A DNA stretch of 58,298 nucleotides from an uncultured bacterium (GCA_937864235.1 CALMJI010000024.1:1-58298); one strand, 5' to 3'. Numbered from the stretch's first letter, positions 1 to 9,232 are shown. Translations and numbers: made by a program. Notes: a model not told the origin generated them from the letters alone.

Positions 1-417
1 CCTCTGGGTTATTCTGTCTCCCTTTGGAGGGAGTCCCCGCAGGGGGAGGGTGGATATTAGTATTTTATAATATGACTGCATAAGATTTATAGATTAGACT
101 CTATCCACCCCCGTCTTGCAGACTTCCCCCTCCGAAGGGGGACAAAATGCTTATAGGGCAAGTAAATATAACCTGTCCTCCTCTGGGTTATTCTGTCTCC
201 CTTTGGAGGGAGTCCCCGCAGGGGGAGGGTGGATTGAGTTAAATTCCCCTCTTGAGGGGTGCCGTCGTTTAGACGGTGGGGTGGAGGTGTTTTTGTGTTA
301 TTTATAAATACTTTATTTCCACCCCGTCAGGCAAGCCTGCCACCCCTCAAGAGGGGAATTTTAGGACAAAATACAGGCGACTGAGAGGTCTCACCCTCCT
401 AAAAAAATATAGGAGGG
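1..417. repeat. Cluster of GC-rich palindromic REP/BIME-like repeats
   Basis: Exact 55-bp direct repeat 1-55 = 180-234; inverted unit 102-146; inverted pair 242-287 / 318-360 (aattcccctcttgaggggtg...ggggtgga); second-family unit 372-400; hairpin 394-417. Confidence 0.85.
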
Positions 418-460
418 ACAAAGGCCATATGAGGTTTTATAAAAAGTTTGCTTATATTCA

Positions 461-489
461 TTGACTAGACTTTGACAAAAGAGTATACT
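461..489 (+). promoter_or_regulatory. Sigma70-type promoter for hsdR
   Basis: TTGACT-N17-TATACT. Confidence 0.55.
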
Positions 490-537
490 TTATACATATC
501 TTACTTCTATAATATATAAAAATTTTCTATATAACTT

Positions 538-3201
538 ATGAATGAAGCCGAGACAAGAGCTGAGCTAATTGACCCGCAACTTACATCTCAAGGTTGGGGT
601 ATTGTGGAGGGTTCTCGTGTTTTGCGAGAATATCATATTACGGATGGGAAAATTCAAGCTAATGGAGTACGAGGGGCTCGGCTCAAGGCGGATTATGTTT
701 TGGAGTATAAGGGAGTAAAGTTAGCTATTATTGAGGCTAAAAGTTCAGAATATCCTGTAGGTGAAGGGGTACAACAAGCTAAGGATTATGCTAATAAATT
801 ATCTCTCAAGATGACTTATGCTACTAATGGCCGAGAGATTTATCAGATTGATATTCTCTCAGGTGTGGAGGAATTAGTCTCTAGATATCTTAGTCCTGAT
901 GAATTGTGGAATATAATTTTTGAAGAGCAAAATCTCTGGAGAGATAAGTTCAATAGTATTCCTTTTGAAGATAAGGGTGGTACTTGGCAACCGAGATATT
1001 ATCAGGAAATTGCGGTGAATAGAGTGCTTGAGGCGATTGCAGATAATGATGATAGAATTCTTTTGACTTTGGCTACGGGGACGGGGAAGACGGCTATTGC
1101 TTTTCAGATTGCTTGGAAATTATATCAGACGAGGTGGAATCTGCAGGGGGATGGTGCTCGGCGACCTAGAATTTTATTCTTAGCGGATAGGAATATTTTG
1201 GCTAGTCAGGCTTTTAATGCTTTTTCTGCTTTCCCTGAGGATGCCCTTATACGAATTGACCCCAAGGAAATTCGCAAAAAAGGTGGTGTGCCTAAAAATG
1301 GAAGTATTTTCTTTACTATTTTCCAAACCTTTATGAGCGGGGGTTCGACAAGCTCACCCACCACAATGAATGAAGATAAAAGTGTTATATTTGATGAAAT
1401 AGGAATTAATGATACGGCGAATGGATTTATGTATATTTTACAATGCAGTGATGAAAGTTTTTATACTGGAAGTACTTATAATTTAAGTAAAAGATTACAA
1501 CAGCATAAAAATGGAGAGGGGGCTGAGTATACTAAATTGCATTTACCAGTTAAATTAGTTTACTATGAAACTTTTACAACAATTAATTTAGCATTTGAAA
1601 GAGAAAAGCAAATACAAAAATGGAGTAAAAAAAAGAAAATTGCACTTATTAAAGGTGATATTACTTCATTAAAATCTCTATCAAAAAAAATTGTCCCTGA
1701 GCCTGTCGAAGGGTATTTTGGTGATTATCCTGCGGATTATTTTGATTTTATTATTATTGATGAATGTCATCGTGGTGGAGCTAATGATGAAGGGAATTGG
1801 CGAGCGATTTTGGAATATTTTTCTCCAGCGGTGCAACTTGGATTGACGGCTACTCCAAAGCGAGAGGTGAATGCGGATACTTATCGGTATTTTGGGGAGC
1901 CTGTTTATACTTATTCTCTCAAAGAGGGGATTAATGATGGGTTTTTGACTCCATTTAGGGTGAAGAGAATCCAAACTACTCTTGATGATTATGTGTATAC
2001 TTCTGATGATGAAATTGTAGAGGGTGAAATAGAGGAAGGGAAGAGATATATAGAGGAGGATTTTAATCGAGTTATTGAAATCAAAGCCCGTGAAGAATAT
2101 CGGGTCAGTAAATTTATGGAGCTTATTGATCAGGACCAAAAAACTATTGTATTTTGTGCCAATCAAGAGCATGCGGCTGCTGTCAGAGATTTGATTAATC
2201 AACAAAAAACAAGTACTAATCCTAATTATTGTGTGAGAGTGACGGCTAATGATGGGGTTATAGGAGAGCAATATCTGAAAGATTTTCAAGATAATGAGAA
2301 AACTATCCCGACTATTTTGACTACTTCCCAAAAGCTGTCTACGGGTGTGGATGCTCGTAATATTCGGAATATTGTTTTGATGCGACCGATTAAGTCAATG
2401 ATTGAATTTAAGCAAATTATTGGTAGAGGGACTAGGCTTTTTGATGGAAAAGACTTCTTTACTATTTATGATTTTGTGGATGCTTATCAACTATTCTTGG
2501 ATCCTACTTGGGATGGAGAGCCTATAGAACCTGAAACACCACAATCTCAACCATACCAACCTATTAACACCAGTGATACTCCTAAAATAGGGGAAAATGC
2601 TCAGGAGTCTAAATTGGTAAAGCAGAAAATTAAAATTAAATTGAGAGATGGCAAAGAGAGAGAAATTCAATCTATGGTATCTACTTCATTTTGGGATGCT
2701 AATGGTAGACCAGTTTCTGCGGAAGAATTTATGCATAGCTTATTTGGAGAATTGCCTAAATTATTAGGTACAGAGGAGGAATTAAGAAGTGTTTGGAGTA
2801 GTCCTATTACGCGTAAAAAATTCCTACAAAAGCTTGATGAGGCTGGATTTAGTCGAGATAAATTAAAAACATTACAACAATTAGTGGATGCTGAGAATAG
2901 TGATCTATTTGATGTTTTGGAATATGTCTTTAATGGTGATACCAAACCAATTCCAAGAAGAATCAGGGTGGAGCAATCTAGACAAAATATCTTGGAAGAT
3001 CTAACAGAACCACAAAGACAATTTATTAACTTTGTATTGGATAAATATATACAATCTGGATTTGAAGAATTGGATCAGAGTAAATTACCTATTTTATTAC
3101 AAAATAAATTCCAAACTATAGAAGATGGTCTACAATTATTAGGATCTGAGGATACTATTACAGAGTTATTTGTTGGATTCCAAAAATATTTGTATAAATA
3201 G
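538..3201 (+). CDS. hsdR: Type I restriction enzyme R subunit (EcoEI/EcoAI-like) with in-frame GIY-YIG insertion
   Basis: Nuclease motif ADYVL..IIEAK, PRYYQ, Walker A LATGTGKT, DECH, TATP, QIIGRGTR, EcoEI-like C-terminus; about 124 extra residues between FMSG and YFGDYP. Confidence 0.9.
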   Translation: MNEAETRAELIDPQLTSQGWGIVEGSRVLREYHITDGKIQANGVRGARLKADYVLEYKGVKLAIIEAKSSEYPVGEGVQQAKDYANKLSLKMTYATNGREIYQIDILSGVEELVSRYLSPDELWNIIFEEQNLWRDKFNSIPFEDKGGTWQPRYYQEIAVNRVLEAIADNDDRILLTLATGTGKTAIAFQIAWKLYQTRWNLQGDGARRPRILFLADRNILASQAFNAFSAFPEDALIRIDPKEIRKKGGVPKNGSIFFTIFQTFMSGGSTSSPTTMNEDKSVIFDEIGINDTANGFMYILQCSDESFYTGSTYNLSKRLQQHKNGEGAEYTKLHLPVKLVYYETFTTINLAFEREKQIQKWSKKKKIALIKGDITSLKSLSKKIVPEPVEGYFGDYPADYFDFIIIDECHRGGANDEGNWRAILEYFSPAVQLGLTATPKREVNADTYRYFGEPVYTYSLKEGINDGFLTPFRVKRIQTTLDDYVYTSDDEIVEGEIEEGKRYIEEDFNRVIEIKAREEYRVSKFMELIDQDQKTIVFCANQEHAAAVRDLINQQKTSTNPNYCVRVTANDGVIGEQYLKDFQDNEKTIPTILTTSQKLSTGVDARNIRNIVLMRPIKSMIEFKQIIGRGTRLFDGKDFFTIYDFVDAYQLFLDPTWDGEPIEPETPQSQPYQPINTSDTPKIGENAQESKLVKQKIKIKLRDGKEREIQSMVSTSFWDANGRPVSAEEFMHSLFGELPKLLGTEEELRSVWSSPITRKKFLQKLDEAGFSRDKLKTLQQLVDAENSDLFDVLEYVFNGDTKPIPRRIRVEQSRQNILEDLTEPQRQFINFVLDKYIQSGFEELDQSKLPILLQNKFQTIEDGLQLLGSEDTITELFVGFQKYLYK
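1342..1713 (+). mobile_element. In-frame GIY-YIG endonuclease cassette flanked by inverted REP-like repeats
   Basis: MYILQC..FYTG..NL.KRL.QH..G...T......LVY.E......A..REKQIQ (UPF0213/YhbQ-like GIY-YIG); own ATG at 1366; ttcgacaagctca 1344-1356 vs tgagcctgtcgaa 1698-1710 (12/13 inverted match). Confidence 0.8.
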
Positions 3202-3317
3202 AGATAAATAATATAGAGATCAGCCCTCCCGCTACTTAATTTATCAGTCACACATCAAACTATACATTAAAATCAAAATATGCTATTTTATATGTATATT
3301 AGGATAACTTTTATAAT

Positions 3318-3707
3318 ATGAAAATAGATATCATTACTCAAACTCAAGCTAATACAGATTACCGTAAGGTTATTGCTACGGGGGCGGATAGTCAATTAGT
3401 TTTGATGAATTTGCAACCGGGAGATGATGTGGGGGAGGAAGTTTATGGTGAAGTTGATCAAATTACTGTAGTGGTAGATGGTAGTGGTAGATTAGAAATG
3501 CCGGGAGAAAATGGTCCTATTGAGGTTGGAGATTGTATATTTGCACCAGCCGGAGTGAGGCATAATATTATCAATGACTCAGAGGGAGAGCTAAAATTAT
3601 ATACCATTTATGCTCCTCCAGAGTATGAACCTGGTTCAGTACAAGCAGAGGATGACTCTAATCTGGAAGATGATATAGATGAGGATTTGGATAATTTTGA
3701 TGAATAA
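3318..3707 (+). CDS. Cupin domain protein with acidic tail
   Basis: YRKVIATG..SQLVLM.L.PG..VGEEV..VDQ and PAG.RHNIIN..LKLYTIY.PP pattern of small bacterial cupins. Confidence 0.8.
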   Translation: MKIDIITQTQANTDYRKVIATGADSQLVLMNLQPGDDVGEEVYGEVDQITVVVDGSGRLEMPGENGPIEVGDCIFAPAGVRHNIINDSEGELKLYTIYAPPEYEPGSVQAEDDSNLEDDIDEDLDNFDE

Positions 3708-3710
3708 ACT

Positions 3711-4370
3711 ATGAGAATACTTATCATAGAAGATGAGGTGGATATTGCGGACACTCTCAAGATATATCTTGAAAAGCAGGGTTATGCGGTGGATGTAAAG
3801 TATGATGGGAATGCTGGTTTTTCGGCTCTGAAGCTAAATCAATATGATTGTTGTCTGTTGGATTTAAATTTACCTGGTAAGGATGGTATGCAGGTTATTA
3901 ATGATATCAGAGAATCTGGTAATATTGTGCCAGTGATTATGCTTACGGCTAGGTCTCAGATTTATGATAAATTAGATGGCTTCAAGCATGGGGCGGATGA
4001 TTATATGACTAAGCCTTTCCATTTGGCTGAGGTTGTAGCTAGAATCGAGGCTGTGATTAGGAGATTTTCGGATAATAAAAGTCATAGTCTCTATCTGGAG
4101 GATTATGAAATTATCCCAACTCAAAATAGAGTTATAAAAGGGGATAAGATGATTGATTTATCGACTAAGGAGATGCGACTTTTGGAGTATTTGGTGAGGA
4201 ATCAGAATCGTATTATTCCTGCTGAGGAGTTGTTAGAGCATGTTTGGGATGATTCGGTGGATCTTTTTTCGGATACTGTCAAAACCCATATTAAGACTCT
4301 TAGAAAGAAGATAGATCCTAATAAAAAAATTATAAAAACAGTCAAAGGTAAGGGGTATGGCATATTATAA
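3711..4370 (+). CDS. OmpR/PhoB-family response regulator
   Basis: IIEDE, LLDLNLPG, GADDYMTKPF receiver plus winged-helix output (VKTHIKTLRKKI, TVKGKGY). Confidence 0.92.
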   Translation: MRILIIEDEVDIADTLKIYLEKQGYAVDVKYDGNAGFSALKLNQYDCCLLDLNLPGKDGMQVINDIRESGNIVPVIMLTARSQIYDKLDGFKHGADDYMTKPFHLAEVVARIEAVIRRFSDNKSHSLYLEDYEIIPTQNRVIKGDKMIDLSTKEMRLLEYLVRNQNRIIPAEELLEHVWDDSVDLFSDTVKTHIKTLRKKIDPNKKIIKTVKGKGYGIL

Positions 4371-4455
4371 ATACCTTCACATTGTTTTCACCTAATATCA
4401 TCTATAGTATTTATAGAATCATCAAATGATTCTGTATTAACTAAGAGGAAACAAT

Positions 4456-4617
4456 ATGAGATACCAGAAACATTTTGTCCAAAATAAAGTAAGGGTACTC
4501 GGTGGCACTCATAGTAGAGCAATACTAGGTGCTCAAAGACAAGTCCTAGGTCATCACATTACCCATAAAAAAGACGGAGCTCAAAGAGTTTGGAGAGGCA
4601 AACCTAGCCAATACTAG
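4456..4617 (+). CDS. Unlisted 53-aa basic His/Arg-rich small protein
   Basis: AAGAGG SD-like motif upstream of ATG 4456; MRYQKHFVQNKVRVLGGTHSRAILGAQRQVLGHHITHKKDGAQRVWRGKPSQY; TAG 4615-4617. Confidence 0.6.
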   Translation: MRYQKHFVQNKVRVLGGTHSRAILGAQRQVLGHHITHKKDGAQRVWRGKPSQY

Positions 4618-4725
4618 ATATAATTTATTGCAATCAATCTAAGCCAACAACATAGCTCTTTATCTACACATAGTAATTAATCCAATATCTTATAATAAGA
4701 TAAATACTCTCCTTAGTGGGGAGTC

Positions 4726-4758
4726 GAAAATAGGGAAAGTCTCACTTTCTCTATTTTC
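4726..4758. terminator. Intrinsic terminator-like hairpin
   Basis: gaaaatagggaaagt-ctc-actttctctattttc, 15-bp stem with G-U pairs. Confidence 0.6.
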
Positions 4759-4777
4759 TATGTTATAATCTGTATAT

Positions 4778-5923
4778 ATGCTGAAATATATTCATACTTT
4801 ACAATTTAGACTGACTATGTATTATACAGGTCTTTTTGTATTATTGAGTTTGATTATAATTATTACTTTGAATTTGTTGGCAGTCAGGTATTATGATAGG
4901 ACTGCTTTAGGTATAGATGGGTTGTCTCAGTATAATTCGGTTTTTTCTGAATTGAGAGATAGCCAATTTCCTCAGGATAAATTTATTGAGGTTATTAGAG
5001 ATATTAGACAAAGTGATTTAGCTACAATTAGAAGAAGTTCATTTTTTATTTTTGCTATTTTGGTGGCTTTGTCTTTGGTAGGAGGGAATGCTATTTCAGC
5101 TCAGGTCTTAAGTCCAATTAAGGATATAAATAGACAGATTAAGGCTATACAGGCCGAATCAATGGATAAAATTTCATATCCACATATTGATGAGGAATTG
5201 CAAGAGTTAATCTCATCTATTAATGAAATGCTTTTGAGATTAGGTAAAAGTTTCCGTTCGCAGAGAGAGTTTATAGAATATGCTTCTCATGAACTAAAGA
5301 CTCCTCTTTCTGTTATGATGGCTAAAACCGACTTAATGTTGACTGATTCTAAATTAAGTAAGAATAATATACAGCTAATACAAGAAATTCAGCATAAAAT
5401 TGACTATTTGAATGATTTGATTAATGATTTATCTTTATTGTCTCTATCCAAAGAGCATTTACAATTTGAATCTGTGAGTATACAGTCTATTTTGGATACT
5501 ATTATTAATAATATAACGAATAAGGCTAAAGAAAAAAATATTAATATTATTCTAAAAGGACATAATTTAGATAAAAAAATAGAGTTAGTCCCAATTCTAA
5601 TTACTCAAGCGGTTGAGAATATTATAGAAAATGCTATCAAATATTCTAAAGATGGTAGTGAAATTGAGGTGGAGACCAAAATCCATAAAAAATTCTTTAC
5701 TATGTATATCAGGGATACGGGTATTGGGATACCGGAGCATTTGATACATAGAATTTTTGATAAATTTTATAGGGTGGATAGCTCTAGGTCCAAGCATACT
5801 GGGGGGAGAGGATTAGGACTTACTTTGACTAAGGCTATTATAGAATTACATAATGGCACAATTCAGGTGCAATCAGAAGAAGGTGTCGGAACTGTATTTA
5901 CATTACATATTCCAATAGGATAA
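4778..5923 (+). CDS. Membrane sensor histidine kinase (HAMP-HisKA-HATPase)
   Basis: Two TM segments, H-box ASHELKTP, ENAIKYS, DTGIGI, FYRVD, GRGLGL. Confidence 0.92.
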   Translation: MLKYIHTLQFRLTMYYTGLFVLLSLIIIITLNLLAVRYYDRTALGIDGLSQYNSVFSELRDSQFPQDKFIEVIRDIRQSDLATIRRSSFFIFAILVALSLVGGNAISAQVLSPIKDINRQIKAIQAESMDKISYPHIDEELQELISSINEMLLRLGKSFRSQREFIEYASHELKTPLSVMMAKTDLMLTDSKLSKNNIQLIQEIQHKIDYLNDLINDLSLLSLSKEHLQFESVSIQSILDTIINNITNKAKEKNINIILKGHNLDKKIELVPILITQAVENIIENAIKYSKDGSEIEVETKIHKKFFTMYIRDTGIGIPEHLIHRIFDKFYRVDSSRSKHTGGRGLGLTLTKAIIELHNGTIQVQSEEGVGTVFTLHIPIG

Positions 5924-6739
5924 TTATTTTGTCTTTAATAATTTGATTATAAGTATTACAAAAAAAATTATAGCATTAAATGTAACAATCGTAGCTCCGG
6001 TAGGGATATTAAATATAAATGATATTATTATTCCAATCAAGATACTAATCAGGGCAAAAACTACTGCAAACAGCATTGTATTCTGAAAGCTTTTGGCGAG
6101 CTGTAAACTGGAACTGGCTGGTAATATAATTAAAGCTGAGACTAGGAGAGCTCCGGCTAATTTTATACTCATAAGTACGGTAAGAGCAGTGATAATGGAG
6201 AATAATATATCTAATATAGTCACCGGAATACCACTAATCTTGGCCTGTTCGGGGTTAAATGAAATAGCCATAAATTCCTGATAGAATAATATTATAACAG
6301 ATAAAATTATAATAGATCCAATGATTACAAATAGTAATTCCTGTTGAGTAATGGATAATATATTTCCAAACAAATAGCTAAATATATCTATATTAAATCC
6401 AGTTGAGATACTAGATAAAATAACTCCCGTAGCAAGCCCTAGAGAGGCTAGAATCCCAATAATGGCATCTCCCTCAATAATATGTTTACGAGTCAGAGCA
6501 TATATGATGAGAGAGGCAATGATGACCAAGGGTATGGCAGTTACTAATGGGTAAAATCCAAAAACGATCCCTATTGCAATAGCTCCAAAACTAATATGGG
6601 CAAGTCCATCTCCGATTAAAGACATTTTTCTTAAGACCAAAAAAACTCCCATTACAGCACATACAATGCCTAAAAATAAGCCAGCTATAATGGCTCTCTC
6701 GACAAATTGATACTGTAATATATTAATCAGATTATTCAT
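5924..6739 (-). CDS. znuB: Zn/Mn ABC transporter permease (ZnuB-like)
   Basis: GVFLVLRKMSLIGDGLAH, YLFGNIL, GALLVSALII. Confidence 0.88.
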   Translation of the reverse strand: MNNLINILQYQFVERAIIAGLFLGIVCAVMGVFLVLRKMSLIGDGLAHISFGAIAIGIVFGFYPLVTAIPLVIIASLIIYALTRKHIIEGDAIIGILASLGLATGVILSSISTGFNIDIFSYLFGNILSITQQELLFVIIGSIIILSVIILFYQEFMAISFNPEQAKISGIPVTILDILFSIITALTVLMSIKLAGALLVSALIILPASSSLQLAKSFQNTMLFAVVFALISILIGIIISFIFNIPTGATIVTFNAIIFFVILIIKLLKTK

Positions 6740-7481
6740 GTTGATGACAAATCAAATGTTTGGCTTCTTCTCCAAAGTAACTGCTCATTTTATCAGAATT
6801 ACAGATTTCACTAAACTTTCCCCAAAAAATCACCTTGGTGTCCAGTAGGAGTAGCTTTTTGGCATAAGTACCTATATCGCTGGTATCATGGGTTATTAAG
6901 ATAATAGCTACTCCTTGTTTGTGTAATTTGGTAATTTGTTGGTAAAACACTTGTCTAATCTCTGGATCAAGAGCGTTAGTAGGTTCATCCAAGATTAATA
7001 CTTTGGGTTCTGAGACAAGAGCTTTGGCTAACCATACTCTTTGCCTTTGCCCTCCAGATAAATCATGAATTGAAGTTTTGGCTAAATCAATAATCTCTAA
7101 TTCGGTGAGAATATCGTTTACTCTCTGTAGGGATTGTTTATCCAAAATTCTTGGGAATTTGAGAGAAGATATTAGTCCCAATGCTACTATTTCCTTTACG
7201 GTAGCTGGGAATTGATGAGAATATTGATTCAGTGATTGTGGTAAATATCCAATATAATTCCAATTTTTGAATTTATTGAGAGGTTTGTCCCATAAATTAA
7301 TCTCTCCTGTATAATTATTGAGATTGAGTAAGGTTTTGATTAGAGTGGATTTCCCGGCTCCATTGGGCCCTGCAATGCCAATAAAATCATCCTGATAAAT
7401 ATCAAGGCTAATATCGTCTAAGACTTTAATAGAATTAAAATCTACGGATAAATTACGGATAGATATAATTGGATTTTTCAT
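6732..7481 (-). CDS. znuC: Zn/Mn ABC transporter ATPase (ZnuC-like)
   Basis: GPNGAGKST, LSGGQRQR, LDEP, THD, C-terminal CHQH. Confidence 0.88.
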   Translation of the reverse strand: MKNPIISIRNLSVDFNSIKVLDDISLDIYQDDFIGIAGPNGAGKSTLIKTLLNLNNYTGEINLWDKPLNKFKNWNYIGYLPQSLNQYSHQFPATVKEIVALGLISSLKFPRILDKQSLQRVNDILTELEIIDLAKTSIHDLSGGQRQRVWLAKALVSEPKVLILDEPTNALDPEIRQVFYQQITKLHKQGVAIILITHDTSDIGTYAKKLLLLDTKVIFWGKFSEICNSDKMSSYFGEEAKHLICHQHE

Positions 7482-7501
7482 ACTATAAATTATTATAGCA
7501 C

Positions 7502-8500
7502 TTATTTACATTCAAGACCAATACTTAGGTTCTCAAGATTTTTTCTCATTATATCTACAAAGCTAGTTTTAGCTTGGAATTGTTCGGAACTTATATTATG
7601 AGCTCCATTTAATTCAAGAACTGGTACTCCAGTTTCGGAGGATATAGTGTTGGCTATTCTTGGTTCCACTAATTCTTCACTGAATATAGCTTTGGCTTTA
7701 GTTTCTCTTACTTTTTGTACCAATTTAGCTATATCTTGAGCCGAGGTGTCACTATTGGGGCTCAATTCTTCTGTGGTTACATATTCTAGGTTGTATTTGC
7801 GAGCTAGATATTCAAAAGTTCTATGCCCAGCTTGAAGTATGGTTTTATTAGTACATTTACTAAGAGTATTACTATAATCAGTGTCTAGCTGTTCTAAAGC
7901 AGTAACTATATTATTCTTATTTTGGTCCAAATTATTATTATCTACTATATTTAATTCAGATATAGCTTTTGAGATAGTATTAGTAGCAATAATAGTATTA
8001 TTAAAGTCTAACCAGAAATGAGGATCTAGATTAGAGCCAGATTTATTTTCTTTTTTCTCGTCTTCGTGCCCGTGTTCATCGTCATGTGAATGATCATCTG
8101 TGCTTTCTATCAAATTAATTCCATCGCTAGCATTAATCACTTTTACGGATTCTGGAATATTAGCTACAATACTAGCAACCCAAGGCTCCATCACATCTCC
8201 ACTATATATAAACACATCGGCTTCTTGAATTTTAATAATATCTTGAGGAGTTGGCTCAAAAGCATGAGGCTCTACTCCAGGAGGTAGTAATAATGACACT
8301 TCAGCATTTTCTCCCACTAATTGACTTGTAATATCATAAAATGGAAAAAGGGTAGTGACTATAATAGGTTTTATTATTTCCTGCTTAGCTTCTTGAGTAT
8401 TAGCTGTGTTATTCTGCGAATTTGGTCTGGTGGCAAATACTATAGCTGCCACTCCTAGAGCTAAGAGGACGATAATTAATAATAATCTTGATGCTTTCAT
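7502..8500 (-). CDS. znuA: Zn ABC transporter substrate-binding protein (ZnuA/AdcA-like)
   Basis: N-terminal signal/anchor, EPHAFEP, His-rich loop DDHSHDDEHGHED, DPHFWL, GHRTF. Confidence 0.9.
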   Translation of the reverse strand: MKASRLLLIIVLLALGVAAIVFATRPNSQNNTANTQEAKQEIIKPIIVTTLFPFYDITSQLVGENAEVSLLLPPGVEPHAFEPTPQDIIKIQEADVFIYSGDVMEPWVASIVANIPESVKVINASDGINLIESTDDHSHDDEHGHEDEKKENKSGSNLDPHFWLDFNNTIIATNTISKAISELNIVDNNNLDQNKNNIVTALEQLDTDYSNTLSKCTNKTILQAGHRTFEYLARKYNLEYVTTEELSPNSDTSAQDIAKLVQKVRETKAKAIFSEELVEPRIANTISSETGVPVLELNGAHNISSEQFQAKTSFVDIMRKNLENLSIGLECK

Positions 8501-8543
8501 ATTAAAATCTTAATTAGTAATGTATAAAAATATATTACACTAT

Positions 8544-8560
8544 TTGCAAATAATTTGCAA
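8544..8560. promoter_or_regulatory. Fur/Zur-family-like operator candidate
   Basis: Perfect 8-1-8 palindrome TTGCAAAT-A-ATTTGCAA upstream of znuA. Confidence 0.5.
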
Positions 8561-8593
8561 TAAAAAATAAAATTATATGTTATAATAAAATAT

Positions 8594-9232
8594 ATGATTA
8601 CATTTATTCGTAGATTTATAGGTATCGTATTGATAGGTGGAATTGTTTTTGTCACCTATACGAATGCTACTATTAACCATAACCCTAAACTATTTATCTT
8701 CGATGATGTAGATAAAATCGGAGAGCATAAAGTGGGATTGGTTTTAGGTACTAGTGAAAAGACTGTAGGAGGTAGAGCTAATCCTTTTTTTGTAAATAGA
8801 ATTGAGGCAGCGACCAAACTTTATCAGGCGGGTAAAATTAAAAAAATTCTAGTAAGTGGAGATAATGCAGAAGTCTCTTATAATGAGCCTAAAGCAATGC
8901 AAATAGCTCTGCTAGCTAAAGGTATCCCAAAAGAAGACATTGTGCTAGACTATGCTGGATTTAGAACTCTTGACTCTGTGATTAGAGCGCGGGATGTATT
9001 TGGGCAGAATGACTTAATTATTATTTCTCAAGAATTTCATATCAAAAGAGCAGTTTATATAGCCCGAACTCTTGGTATAGATGCACAGGGTTTTGTAGCA
9101 GATGGAGTCTCCATGACATTCAATGCCAGAACCCAAGTCAGAGAAATTCTAGCCCGAACCCAAGCTTGGACTGATGTCCATATTCTGAATCGCCAACCTA
9201 AATTTTTAGGAGAGAAAGAGGAAATTATATAA
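8594..9232 (+). CDS. sanA: SanA/ElyC/YdcF (DUF218) envelope protein
   Basis: N-terminal TM, LVLG, LVSGDN....YNEP..M, DYAGFRTLDS..RA, SQ.FH..RA. Confidence 0.85.
   Translation: MITFIRRFIGIVLIGGIVFVTYTNATINHNPKLFIFDDVDKIGEHKVGLVLGTSEKTVGGRANPFFVNRIEAATKLYQAGKIKKILVSGDNAEVSYNEPKAMQIALLAKGIPKEDIVLDYAGFRTLDSVIRARDVFGQNDLIIISQEFHIKRAVYIARTLGIDAQGFVADGVSMTFNARTQVREILARTQAWTDVHILNRQPKFLGEKEEII

Noticed and set aside
1-417. CRISPR array or real ORFs (116-307, 276-464)
   Set aside because: Repeats alternate in orientation with irregular spacing and no cas genes; the ORFs are translations of palindromes; the same applies to 34369-34566 and 38063-38311
1342-1713. Intein or group I/II intron as the explanation of the hsdR insert
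   Set aside because: No Hint-block motifs, no terminal His-Asn followed by Cys/Ser/Thr (ends VEG-Y), and nearly all of the insert is GIY-YIG coding sequence, leaving no room for a ribozyme core
1681-2331. 216-aa minus-strand ORF
   Set aside because: Antisense shadow of hsdR with no motif; likewise 41950-42720 (ftsZ), 25422-25892 (murB), 23449-23820 and the other short antisense ORFs
4731-4745. RNase P RNA (GGAAAGUC word)
   Set aside because: It is one arm of a terminator hairpin; no matching 3' P4 motif and no space
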